From NCBI RefSeq assembly GCF_006345805.1, contig NC_043002.1, forward strand, positions 119,598,001 through 119,662,000: DNA of 64,000 nt. Reading direction: 5' to 3'. This document shows positions 36,913 through 49,295 of this stretch, piece by piece; positions within the stretch are counted from its first letter, which is position 1, and each line of letters starts with the position of its first letter. The notes below the pieces were generated by a model. That model had not been told where the DNA came from, did no database searches, and saw nothing but the letters and a program-made list of their open reading frames with translations. The position numbers were made by a program, and so were the translations under genes. This stretch comes from Octopus sinensis. Taxonomy: Eukaryota.

Positions 36913-37147
36913 CATCATTATTATTATCATCCTCATCATCATTATTATTTATTATTATTATTATTATTATTATATTATCATTATTTTATTATTATCATTA
37001 TTATTTCATATTATTATCATTATTATTATTATTATTATTATCCTCATATCATCATCATCATCATCATCATTATTATTTTTATTATTATCATCATCATCAT
37101 CATCATCATCATCATTATTATTATTATTATATTATTATTATTATTAT

Positions 37148-37180
<33 letters not shown>

Positions 37181-37518
37181 ATTTATTATTATTATTATTA
37201 TTATTGTCGTTGTAAAGAAAATCCACCTCCTCCTCCTCATCATCAACATCATCATTATTTCTGCTACTAATACTTATCAAAATTGACAAAAAAAAAAAAA
37301 AAAAATCAAAACTACAGCTGTGGTATTAGTAAAAAAAAAAACAACATAAAAACAGCATTTTAAAAAGGAAATGCAGAAAGAAACAAGGAAGGAAAAGAAA
37401 CAGATTTAACATTTCTGCAAAGATATTGTTCTGAAGCAGCGATGCATTAAACGTGATCTATAGCAATCCGACAAGTGAATCACTACAGCCAAATGTTAAA
37501 CAGTAAATATTATTATTA

Positions 37519-37557
<39 letters not shown>

Positions 37558-37580
37558 CATCATCATCATCATCATCATCA

Positions 37581-37646
<66 letters not shown>

Positions 37647-37690
37647 GTAGTAGTAGTGGTAGTAGTTGTAAAAAACAATAATAATAATAT
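36856..37690. repeat. Two compound (ATT)n/(ATC)n trinucleotide arrays (36856-37205, 37508-37690)
   Basis: Directly visible. Confidence 0.95.
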
Positions 37691-38149
37691 CAAAATCAGC
37701 AACGGTAAAACAAATTTACTAGTCCAAGAAAAATAGAGCCTAAAAGTTCCTTTTTCGTTTCTCCACCAGCTCTCGCATACGCAATACGCAAATGTATTAC
37801 ATATATTTACGGTAATAGCATGTGTAATATTTGAATCCGTTCAAAACGCATCTACAACAAGAAGGAAAGAAGGCGAAAGGCAACACACAAGTTTTTTTTA
37901 ATACTCGATAATGGAAACTTCCTGCTATATTCTACGTAATATACTAGGTAGATAACATTTTAACTAAAATATTACTGAGGCAGAAAAGAGTTGCAGTCGA
38001 CCAAGACGATAGGGTATTAAACTTCCCAGTCGATAGGGTACTTTATCTATGGCCAGCACACTCAAGTCACACTGGATTAAATTCAACATATGTATAGCTA
38101 TATAGAAGTTAATGCTAGCAGGTAAGATGTACGTGCGTGTGTGCGCGCC

Positions 38150-38180
<31 letters not shown>

Positions 38181-38184
38181 ATTC

Positions 38185-38520
38185 AGGAAGCAAAGGAAAT
38201 GAACAGGAAACGGAAAAAACGAGATGTAAGGATCTTCTGGAAGATCAGAGAACTCCGGTTTAAGGAAAAGATCATGACAACATGGCGACGCACCGTGTCG
38301 TACAACCAAAAGAAAGATGACATATCACATGACAAAAGTACTTGAGGATAGACCAACTGGGTAGTTTCTATGTAGTCACTTGACAAGCTAGAAACAGTAG
38401 CCAAATTTTCTTCAAATCACACCACATTCATCTCGCTAGGACACATTAGGTATGGTTAGAGCTGATATCTATAGTAGAGATGGTTACTGCTGGAATGTTT
38501 GATAAGTAGTATTCCTGATG
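38185..38520 (+). mobile_element. RTE LINE 3' end remnant
   Basis: Basic RKRKK..W..IMTT W..V region, then ACTTGACAAGCTAGAAACAGTAGCCAAATTTTCTTCAAATCACACC 3' UTR motif shared with 19130-19190. Confidence 0.5.
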
Positions 38521-38739
38521 ATTGCAGCAATTACAACATGAGAAATAAGAGCGTCTTGTCATCTAAATTTACCGGAATATACACTTCGTAATTCATTCAA
38601 AAATATTTATACATTGCACAAATTTACGGAAGTATATTCATATCTTGCCTTGGAATGGGGTCAAGCATTTAAGAGAATGACACAGAAAATATTATTGTGA
38701 TAACCTTGAAGAGACTTCAAACTTTAGTATATTTTGTGC

Positions 38740-38818
<79 letters not shown>

Positions 38819-39078
38819 GCTAGCTAGCTAGCTATCTACCAATCTATCTCTGTTTGTCTATCACTCTGTTTATGTATGTGTGTATGTGTATTTGTTTGAG
38901 TGTGAGTGTGTGTCTTTGTGTTTGTGTCTGTCCTGCACCACTGGTGTTGGTTTCTTTACATCCCCATAATCTATCATATCGTCAAAAAGGAACCGATAGA
39001 ATAAGTTCTAGTCTTAAAAATAAATAAGTACTTGCATCGATTTGTTCAGCTAAAGATAGTGTCCCAGTAAAATAAACG

Positions 39079-39113
<35 letters not shown>

Positions 39114-39215
39114 ACACATACATATATATATATATATATATAGATATATTATATATATATATATACACATATATATGTATATAATAATACGTAGATATCA
39201 TATATATGTATATCT

Positions 39216-39247
<32 letters not shown>

Positions 39248-39415
39248 GAATTATATATATACATATATTTATATATATCCTTAACATATATATTCATATA
39301 TATATCTAACATATATACATATATATAATCTATATATATTATAAATATATTATACATATATTATATATGTATATATACATATATATGTAGATATAATATA
39401 TGTATATTATTATAT

Positions 39416-39448
<33 letters not shown>

Positions 39449-39581
39449 GTACATACACATATATATATTATATATATATATATACTATATATATATATAT
39501 ATATATATATAGCATGACCACAAATACGTGTGTGAGTGTGTGTGTTTGTGTGTTTAATCTTCCATTAATCGTATGTATGCC

Positions 39582-39642
39582 CCAGATGAAGTAAGCATTC
39601 ACAACTCTTCTTAAATGTTGCAGTCGGTGCGAAACCCATCGA
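39582..39642 (+). ncRNA. Degenerate hammerhead remnant
   Basis: C(A)GATGAAG..GCA..TGC-GAAAC-CC-ATC; core U4 and stem III are mutated. Confidence 0.35.
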
Positions 39643-39676
39643 ATCTTTCCCACTCTTGAAAAATTAGTTCATGCCG

Positions 39677-39990
39677 TACGAGGGTGGGCTGCTAAGTTCA
39701 TAAGCTAATTATGAAGGAGTGATGCAAGGGCTTTGAAATTTTGCAAAAGTGGTACCTAAATTCGAAGGGGAAGGGAGAGTCCTTAAAATGGTCCAAGGTC
39801 TGGACAACCTGCAACTGACACCACTGAAGAAAACACATTTTCAGCCATGGGATTGTCTTCCCGTTCAGATGAAGGAAACATTCAAATCCAAATGAATTAC
39901 TGGCTCTGTATATGATATTAATGCGGTACAGAGTGCGCTTGCCCGTTTGGGAGACTAAGTCGTTTATACACACTCAAGCATCCTGGAGTT
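39677..39990 (+). mobile_element. Mariner left end and HTH fragment
   Basis: TACGAGGG TIR start; ..GRESL..GPRSGQPATDTTEEN (GRP box) with frameshifts. Confidence 0.7.
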
Positions 39991-40059
39991 GAGAGTGGTA
40001 TTAGCTACAGGTGTTTGTTCATTGTCTGTTATATCTTTATTACTGTAATGGCTTCTATT

Positions 40060-40380
40060 TTTCTAATGTTAGTTACATGCTACGGGCCTTCCTTGCTCAA
40101 AATTCTCGCTGTGGACCCTCTTCTCATTTCTTTATGCTTTCTAGATCTCCCTTCAAAACACTGTACAAAACACCTTGTTCATATTTCCTCTTCAGCATCA
40201 CGGACATAACAAACTCATCCACTGCCATTGTTTTGTTTCCTATAGGATTTGAAAATTTTCGCTGAATTTCAACTATTTTGACTTCAAAAATTAAATGGGT
40301 GCAGCAAATTTCATTAGCATCTTTTTCTCGGGCTGAATGATAAATAATAATAAAAAAATTCTGTGCCACCAACTTCTTGT
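40060..40380 (-). mobile_element. Possible Tc1/mariner N-terminal remnant
   Basis: ..VLYSVLKGDLES..RKAR weakly resembles the Tc1/mariner RxVLxEDL motif. Confidence 0.3.
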
Positions 40381-40744
40381 TAACATATATTTTTATATAA
40401 CTAAAGAATTACACTCATATGTTCATTATGTAGTTCTGCTTTTCTAAATACACGGACATATACACATAGGTGTGTGTGTATAGTTGAAGGTGTGACTTGA
40501 AACTCTGAGTAACGAAATTGAAACTTTTAGTTTTAAATGATATTTTTTACGAATACATACATACATACATACATACGTATATATATATATATATAATTAT
40601 ATATATATATAATATATATATATATATATAAAAGAGTAAATAATTTCTTCGATTTTTTTTCCAAAAAACCAACAATTATTTACTGGTAGATTTCGGTATG
40701 TAACTTTTTATTATTTACTATTATTATTTACTCTTATGGTTATA

Positions 40745-40806
<62 letters not shown>

Positions 40807-40989
40807 CTATAATATATATATATATACGTACATATACATATACATATGAATATATACATGAATATATATGAATATACATATTTTATAATTTTAAATATAA
40901 CTCACTATGCCTAAGACACAACTTCTGTATATCACATGTGTGCGTGTGTGAGTGGGTGGGTGTGACTGAGTGTGAGTGTGTGTGTATGC

Positions 40990-41023
<34 letters not shown>

Positions 41024-42233
41024 ATTTATATTTACAACATATAATAATTAATTTTGGGAGGATGAATACTAATATGATTTGATATATTTTAGCATTTATG
41101 AAAGCAACACAAAGGACTCTACAAAATACTCTATAATCTATTGAAAATCCTATCGAGGAGAAAGCTTAGTTGCATTTATCTGATTAAATATGTCAATTCT
41201 TCAACCAATTTCCGCCAGTCGAATTCAGTTAATGTGTCTTGTCTTTCTCAAAGAATTTACGCATTCATCAACTTTCATTTCATTCCTTTGTCTCTCTCCC
41301 ACTTCTCTCTATCTTACGCTTCATCTTATTTTTTCACAATCTACTCATATCCATCCATTCATTCATCCGTCCACCGCACTCCCTGTCTATCTCTTTCCCT
41401 CTGTTTATCTATCTACCCACCTATCTGTCTAACAGTCTGCATATCAATCTAAATACCTACCTTCCTATCTTTCTGTCTCTCAATATCAATCTATCCATAT
41501 CTACAATAATCACCGAACTGGTTTGTCTTTATTCTAAGTCCCTGATTTCTTTTGTTCAGTAAAATCTTCAACAGAATCAACTATTAAAAACGTCTCGACT
41601 GCTTATTAAGGCCAGTCTCTACAACATGTTTGTCTGTCTCCTCGTCTAGAATGAGTTGTTGACGTCATGCAAGCATTGTTTCAATTCATGAGGCATAAAC
41701 CATCGAAGCTACGCAGCAGCTTATCTCGGCTTTGTTCATTAGTATGGCAGACAAGTATAGTTAAGTGTTAAAAATGTCCCTTGTGAAGGAAATTGTATAA
41801 TTTTGTATATAAAGGTGCATCTTACCGCGGCATAAAATACTTTCTGCATTTAAACTTAAATGATATAATGATAGAAAGGTAGGTAAGCCGAGAGAAAGAG
41901 AAACGTAGACAGAGAGAAGTCGAAATAGGAAGGATATGTGCGTCTTCTAAAATTGAGTACTATTCATACGCCTCTGTTACATTTTACGACCAAATCCACT
42001 CAGAAGGCTTTGGTCAGCCCGAGGCTATAGTACTAGCTCAATGTATCACACAGTGGCGCTGAAAAGGAAACTCCGTCGTGCACAAACCAACTTCTTACCA
42101 TAAATTCTCTGTAAAAATATTATCCCAGTTCAATCTCTGAGAGAAGATGAAAGCACTAAATAAGTAATTATCAAAAACTTCTTTTTGTTATATATATATA
42201 TATATATATATATATAACACACACATATATATG

Positions 42234-42296
<63 letters not shown>

Positions 42297-42303
42297 ATAT
42301 ATA

Positions 42304-42337
<34 letters not shown>

Positions 42338-42484
42338 ATTATATATATATAGGGATGATCGAACTACAAAGAAAAAATGTTCTACAGAGAAAATTCAGCG
42401 AACACCAGAACATAAGCGTGCAAGACAGATGAAAATTAAATATATATAAAAATCAAGATCAATCGTATACAAGCTTCGTCTGTC

Positions 42485-42532
42485 ATCGAATAAATTACGT
42501 AATCCTTCGTCCGCAGAACTCGTCAGTACGAT
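42485..42532 (-). ncRNA. Degenerate type I hammerhead (GAAG in place of GAAA)
   Basis: Reverse complement: ATCGTA-CTGACGA-GTT(CTGCG)GAC-GAAG-GATTACGTAATT-TA/TTCGAT; palindromic stem III. Confidence 0.5.
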
Positions 42533-42577
42533 CGTTCCAGTTTCAATATAATTTGAAAAACCAAACACTTAGTTGTC

Positions 42578-42640
<63 letters not shown>

Positions 42641-42768
42641 GCGTTTGTCTTTGTTCGGGAAAAAAGCAATAGTAACAATAAATAAATAAAATGACTATCC
42701 TGAAGTACAAGAATATCTGTTTCAATACACGATTTCACATCGGGAATCTTGCAAAACGAATTGATAAA

Positions 42769-42894
<126 letters not shown>

Positions 42895-42995
42895 TGCATG
42901 TATACATGCATGTATGTATGCATGCATACATGCATGCATGTATGTATGTATGTATGTATGTATGTATGTATGTATGTATGTACATCAACATATAA

Positions 42996-43215
42996 GCGCG
43001 GCCGTGTAGTAAGAAGCTTGCTTCCAAACCACATGGTTTCTAGTTCAATCCCACTGCATGACACCATGGCCATGTGTCTTCTACTACAGCATCACACACT
43101 ACTACAGCATCACATCAGCCTTGCGGGTGAACTTGGTGGACGGAAACTGAAAGAATCCCATCGTATATATGGGTGTGTGTGTGTATCTATGTGTATGCTT
43201 ATGTGTATGTCCCTT
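42996..43215 (+). mobile_element. SINE group A head fragment
   Basis: GCCGTGTAGTAAGAAGCTTGCTTCCAAACCACATGG..GGACGGAAACTGAAAGAA. Confidence 0.75.
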
Positions 43216-43569
43216 TTGATCGAACGCTTGGCTTAACAGCCCGCACCGTTTGTTTTTACTGTTTTGTTCTCACTGTTCTACGTTTGCTACCACTTTCAGC
43301 CTCCACAAAATATCCCAAATTTTATTTTAATTTGCTTTGCGGGAAGGACTGTTTTAACGAAGTCGCGTCTTGTCCTTACCTTCAAAATGCGGTGTAGATA
43401 AAACTGTACAACTGATGAAAGGAAATTTCTTTATGTTGCATGCCTCATTTCTCTTGTCTCATTTCTCATTCTGTCCTCGTTTTTTGATGTCCTGTACCCA
43501 TATATATTATTCATATTATTATATGATCGAACGCCACGCATTCTTTTCCAAGTAAGCTTTATATATATA

Positions 43570-44080
43570 CTAGCAGTATCGCCCGGCGTTGCTCGTGTTT
43601 GTAAGGGAAATAACTATATAAGCATTTTTAGAGAGTTACTTCCCTTATAGATACCAATTCAGGCTTTCTTAGCCATTTCTGTTTTGGCGATTTCAAGCCA
43701 TAAAGTCGTTGTTCTAAAAGAACGCTGGTCTCCTTGACAACGCTTTACGACGTTGATTTCCTTCCACCCCTTCCCCACAGCTTCACGTGGGGGGAAGATG
43801 GGGGAAAGCAAACAGGTGGAGGTTGTGACCATGGACGCCAACTCTGCCGCCATCGACGCACGAAAAATTATGCATTAAAATGGAATAAAAAATTATGTTA
43901 AATTATTTTAAAAATCGTAGACTCATTGTAGACGCGCGCTAATACCGAGACGGGCTCGATATGAATCACGACTATAAGATACCCGAATTTGGTTAAACTG
44001 CACCGCAAAATGTGGGAGTAGTTAGGAATCTAAATCGAAGGGGACAGACACTCACACAACTACAGTTTTATATATATAGA
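43570..44080 (-). mobile_element. Helitron-N family H1 variant carrying an extra ~220-bp GC-rich segment
   Basis: Termini as in H1; 43650-43870 is absent from the other three copies. Confidence 0.8.
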
Positions 44081-44163
44081 TACACACTACCTACATACAT
44101 AAACATCTGCGCATATAATAAATTATATAGATACATATGTATATATGTATATATGTATGTATA

Positions 44164-44208
<45 letters not shown>

Positions 44209-44880
44209 GTGTGTGTATAATACCCACCTGTCCTAAGAACTACCGACTATGTATGTGCACTTCTCATTATCAAACCGCCATTAACGCTCAGACTAGATTA
44301 TTTCATTCAATGTATAGTTGTAGTTTTTTAACACTAAGCATCAGCGAAAACTGTACTGATGCTTACCGCGATCTTTTGTTTGGTTTGAAGTGGTTGAAAG
44401 GTTAAAACAAGTTGTGGAAAAGAAGCAGAAGAGAACAAAGGAACGCTAGAAAGACATATTTCTTATTTTTCTTTGAATACCAGAACATATAGATGCAAAT
44501 CTGAAGAGAAAATTATCAGTAACAACCTTCATATTGAATAGCTTTTAAAGAACTGCAAAGTATTTAGAAAACAAATCTATCATCAAATAAATAAAGAATA
44601 TTCATAGATTTTATGTGTGTATGTATGCATGTATGTGTGTATGTGTGTATGTATATATTATGTGTGTATGTATGTAAGTATGTATGTATCTATCTAGCTA
44701 TCTGTATTATTCCCATCCACAGAATCTTTCTATAATATAATATATTATACAATATATATATATATGTATATATATATATAGTTAATCTAAACATGAACAA
44801 GCAAGAAAAAACAACAACGCGAGGACGTGGAATAAATACAGTGTTATTGGACGCTCAGGAAAGGAAGGAAAAGAAAGAGG

Positions 44881-44915
44881 ATTTCACGTTTCAAGTGGAG
44901 CTTTTCGTCAGAAAT
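44881..44915 (-). ncRNA. Minimal hammerhead remnant with a non-cleavable G17, in a PLE-type terminal repeat
   Basis: Reverse complement: ATTT-CTGACGA-AAAG(CTCCA)CTT-GAAAC-GT-G/AAAT. Confidence 0.55.
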
Positions 44916-45026
44916 ATAGAAAAAGTCCGAAGAAGGGATGACGGAGAAAGAAAATCGCCAACGATACACACGCGGTCATATATTGAAATACATATATATG
45001 CGTATATATAATATATATTATATATA

Positions 45027-45085
<59 letters not shown>

Positions 45086-45115
45086 GTATATATATATATA
45101 TATTATATATATATA

Positions 45116-45163
<48 letters not shown>

Positions 45164-45719
45164 CTTATATATGCATGTATACATATATATATATATATAT
45201 AATATATTATATATATATATGAATACGTATACATATATATATGTATATATGAATACGTATGTATACATAAATGCATACACACACATACATATATACATAG
45301 GAAACGCACCCAGAGATACAGGCACATATTCATCAGTATGTATACAGTGCACACTAACAGTGAAATTAAATACTGAAAAGTGTATTGAGAGTGAAATACC
45401 TATTTTATGAGTGGATTTTGAGCATAACCTCAGTTGTCATGCGTTCTTTATCTCGACTTTCAAATGCTCATCATTCTGGAATTTGTTATGTGAGATTTTA
45501 CTAGATTTAAAACCTTCATTGGTTTGGATAAAAATATGATCAGTAGCATTTACGTGTAATAAGAGACAATCATTCGTGGACTTTTGCAGTGGTTCAATGC
45601 ACACATTCCTGTGTTGGCAAGTTTCTTTTTTGCTTGTGAAAGTGTGAGATGTAAATATAAATGCTCGTTCCGTCTGTGAATAATTACCTCCCTCTATATG
45701 TGTATCTGTATTTATATTT

Positions 45720-46110
45720 TTGCCTCCGACCTTAACATTAGCTTCAAGGTTCATCCAAGACTGGGACCACGGGTCATACGTCCCCTGCCCAATTCAAGAT
45801 CACAACATATATGTACACTGCAACATAATTTCTTTTCCTCAACAGGCCCTGCCCTATTTAACATTGTCCCGAAAGAGATCAAAGAGGAAGAGGATCCCAT
45901 CAACTTTAAACGGAGTCTGGATAGATACCTTCAAAGAATACCAGATAAGCCACCCATAATTGGATACAACTCACCCAACAAGAACTCACTACTTGAACAA
46001 AACTTGACGTAAACAGGATTCGAATAATCTTATCAGGTGGTGCTATTAAGTTAGACATGGCCTGGACCAATCTTTGGTCGAAACATATCTAAGTTATCTA
46101 AGTTATCTTA
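45720..46110 (+). mobile_element. CR1/L2-group LINE 3' end with (TAAGTTATC)n tail
   Basis: HNFFSSTGPALFNIVPKEIKEEEDPINFKRSLDRYLQRIPDKP..NSLLE is a typical CR1-group ORF2 C-terminus. Confidence 0.7.
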
Positions 46111-46224
46111 ATAACGTTTGAATCCCTAAGAAATTTCACAATGCCAAAGCCAACATCCAGTTGGTTTTACTACCATTTCTAATGTGGAATATTTCAAAAT
46201 TGCCCCATGTAATAATGTATGAAT

Positions 46225-46498
46225 CGTACGTAAGAAGCGTCTTCCCAACCTCGTTGTTTCAGATTCAGTCCCACGGCATTACACCTTCAGCATGTCTTCT
46301 ACTATAGCCTTGAGCCGACCAAAGTCTTCTGAGTGGATTTGGTAGTCGGAAACTGAAAGAAGCCCGTGGTATATATGTATATATTTGTATATATCTAGTG
46401 TGTGTGTGTCTTTGTGTCTGTGTTTGTCACCCCATCACCGCTTGAGAATCGGTGTTGTTGTGTTTACATTCCTGTATCTTAGCAGCTCATCAAAAGAG
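46225..46498 (+). mobile_element. Degenerate partial SINE group A
   Basis: Head and central motifs are present. Confidence 0.75.
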
Positions 46499-46527
46499 TG
46501 TGAAGTGAAACAATTGTAGGCCATGTA

Positions 46528-46955
46528 GGCGCAGGAGTGGCTGTTTAGTAAGTAAATTTTTTGCCAACCACGGGGTTCCGGGTTCAGACCCACTGCGTGA
46601 CACCTTGGGCGAGTGTCTTCTACTATAGGCTCGAGCCGACCAAAACCTTGTGAGTGGATTTGGTAGACGGAAACTGAAGGAAGCCCGTCGTATATATATA
46701 TATATATGTGTGTGTGTATGTGTGTGTGTGTATGTCTGTGTGTGTGTGTGTATGTTTTTGTCTGTATTTGTCTCCCCACCATCGCTTGACAACCGACGTT
46801 GGTGTTTTCACGTCCCCGTAACTTAGCGCTTCGGCAAAAAACCACCGATAGAATAAGTACTAGGCTTACAAAGAATAAGTCCTGGGTTCGATTTGTTCGA
46901 CTAAAGCGGTGCTCCAGCATGACCACAGTCAAATGACTGAAACAAATAAAAGAAT
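46528..46955 (+). mobile_element. SINE group A, full length (left arm of inverted pair)
   Basis: Near-consensus copy. Confidence 0.9.
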
Positions 46956-46965
46956 AATATCAATT

Positions 46966-47374
46966 ACTCTTTTACCCTTTTACTCTTTACTTGTTTCAGT
47001 TATTTGAGTGTAGCCAAGATAGAGCACCGCCTTTAGTCGAGAAAATCGACCCCAGGACTTATTCTTTGTAAGCCTAGTACTTATTCTATCGGTCTCTTTT
47101 GCCGAACCGCTAAGTTACGGGGACGTAAACACACCACCATCGGTTGTCAAGTGATGCTGGGGGGACTGAACACAGATACACAAACATATACACACACAAA
47201 CGTATAAATACATATATATGACGGGCTTCTTTCAGTTTCCGTCTACCAAATCCACATAAGGCTTTGGTCGGCCCGAGGGTATAGTAGAAGACACTTGCCC
47301 AAGGTGCCACGCAGTGGGACTGAACCGGGAACCATGCGGTTCGTAAGCAAGCTACTTATCCCACAGCCATTCCT
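46966..47374 (-). mobile_element. SINE group A, full length (right arm of inverted pair)
   Basis: Near-consensus copy, tail-to-tail with the previous one. Confidence 0.9.
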
Positions 47375-47429
47375 ACTCCTACATTAATTTATATCAATTG
47401 AATCTATCCATTTTCAAACTTATAAATAA

Positions 47430-48457
47430 CTAGCAATTAAGACCCGTCGTTGCCGGGTCATAGTGCTACTGCATGTATATATGTGTATATATATGTGTAC
47501 ATATTACATGTACATCTATATATATATACATCTACACATAAAATACAAAATACAAAGTTATATCTTGATATCGCTAGTGCGTCACGTCCTACGTCCAAGA
47601 TATAAAGGTAAAAATAAAATATTTCGACTTTGCAAGTTCGAGTCGAGTACTCCCTTGCACGCTCCGTTGACTCGAAACTTGCTTCTATTGTGGCGAATTT
47701 ACCGCCTCTGATTAGATACCTTTCATAGTCACACCAAGACACTTTTCGAAGGTGCTTTCCTCCATGTGTTCAAATCTTCTTTTTTCTCTACATTGTATAC
47801 TTTATAGACAATAGTCTTTTCTTTAATTTAATTTTTTATTATTCATCTGGACTATTCCATTTCTGCACGCTAATTTTATTTTTAATTTATTCCCATTTAT
47901 GAGAAACCACTTATTCAAGTTAAAATCATTGATGCAATTTTATACCAATTGCTATTTTTACTTTTGTTATGTTACGATTATATTATACTTTAGCTTGATT
48001 TTAATTATTACTTACTACATATAATTCAATTGTTATTATTATTTTTATTGTTTAAGTGAAAGTATCTGACATAAAATAGAGAAACGTTTTTGTTTCACTT
48101 TTAACACGTAATACTAAAATAGTGGAGAAGATATGATATTGCTATGGGCTCGCTCTAGGCAAGAAGTTGAACATTTTTTTGCCCATGAAACTACATAGAC
48201 CCTAAGTAAGGCATGTGTAAAATTTGAATAGAATTGGTTGTATAGTTCTCAAGTTTTAGGGAATCGTAGTGGAGAAGATATGATATTGCTGTGGGCTCGC
48301 CCTAGGCAAAAAGTTCAACATTTTTTTGCCGATGACACTCCCCGGACCCTAAGTAAGGCATGTGTAAAATTTGAATGAAATTGGTTGTGTAGTTCTCAAG
48401 TTTTAGGGAAACACACAGACAGACAGACACACATTCTCAGTTTTATATATATAAAGA
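47430..48457 (-). mobile_element. Helitron-N family H2 with an internal ~145-bp tandem duplication (48121-48410)
   Basis: TC(TTTATATATATAAAA) start at 48457, GACCCG-TCGTTGC-CGGGTC hairpin, CTAG at 47430. Confidence 0.75.
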
Positions 48458-49241
48458 TATTTGATGTTTTATAATATATTTATTGAAGAAATATCTCTTC
48501 AAAATTTAACATATCAAACCAAGGTATTTTAGATAAAACTATCCCTATAAGAGGATACACACACACACACACATATATATATGTATATATATATATATCT
48601 GCGTGTGTGTCTGTGTGTCTATGTGTAAACTGAAGTCAATCGAAACAGATGAATAAAGCAGATTCTTGTAAAGTAATATTTAACAGGACCTGGAGCACTC
48701 GGACGTGGGAAGAGCTTTTACTGCGGAAATAATCTCTAGAGAAAATTATCTTCCTTGAAGAAAACGGATAGTGAAAACACCCCGGGCTGTGACGTTACTG
48801 AATCGTAGGACGCATATGCCTTTGAGTTATTTAGCATTATTTACTACAAGAATCAAATTTACCTTTCGCTGTCCAAATAAAATGTCTATGAGCAGATTTT
48901 TTACTATTTCGACTATTTTCGCAACGAATTGTCTTGCCACGTCTGATTGTATTCAAACGCGTTAAATAGGACTTTACACAATTATCTTCTTTCCATCGCT
49001 CATTTGTGTGACTTTAGTTAATTAATTCTAGTATAAGCAATCTTTACGCTCATAAGTAATCGGTGCGTTAGCTGTTCTAATATAAGAACGAATGGTCTTT
49101 ACGAGTTGAGAAATTCCTATTTGGTGTTCGTGGCAGATGGCTCAAAAGAACGCAGAAACCTATGCGTCATAAGATCCAATGAACGCAGTTCGCAGCTCAA
49201 ATGGTTTCTCACATGCCTTAGGGAATAACGTATATACATAA

Positions 49242-49295
<54 letters not shown>

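Noticed and set aside
38186-38225. 39-nt exon EAKEMNRKRKKRD with GTAAGG donor
   Set aside because: No polypyrimidine tract, and it lies within an RTE 3' remnant.
46050-46095. GACCA/TGGTC hairpin followed by GAAACATAT, resembling half an HHR
   Set aside because: It lacks CUGANGA and is better explained as the 3' stem-loop of the CR1-group LINE.
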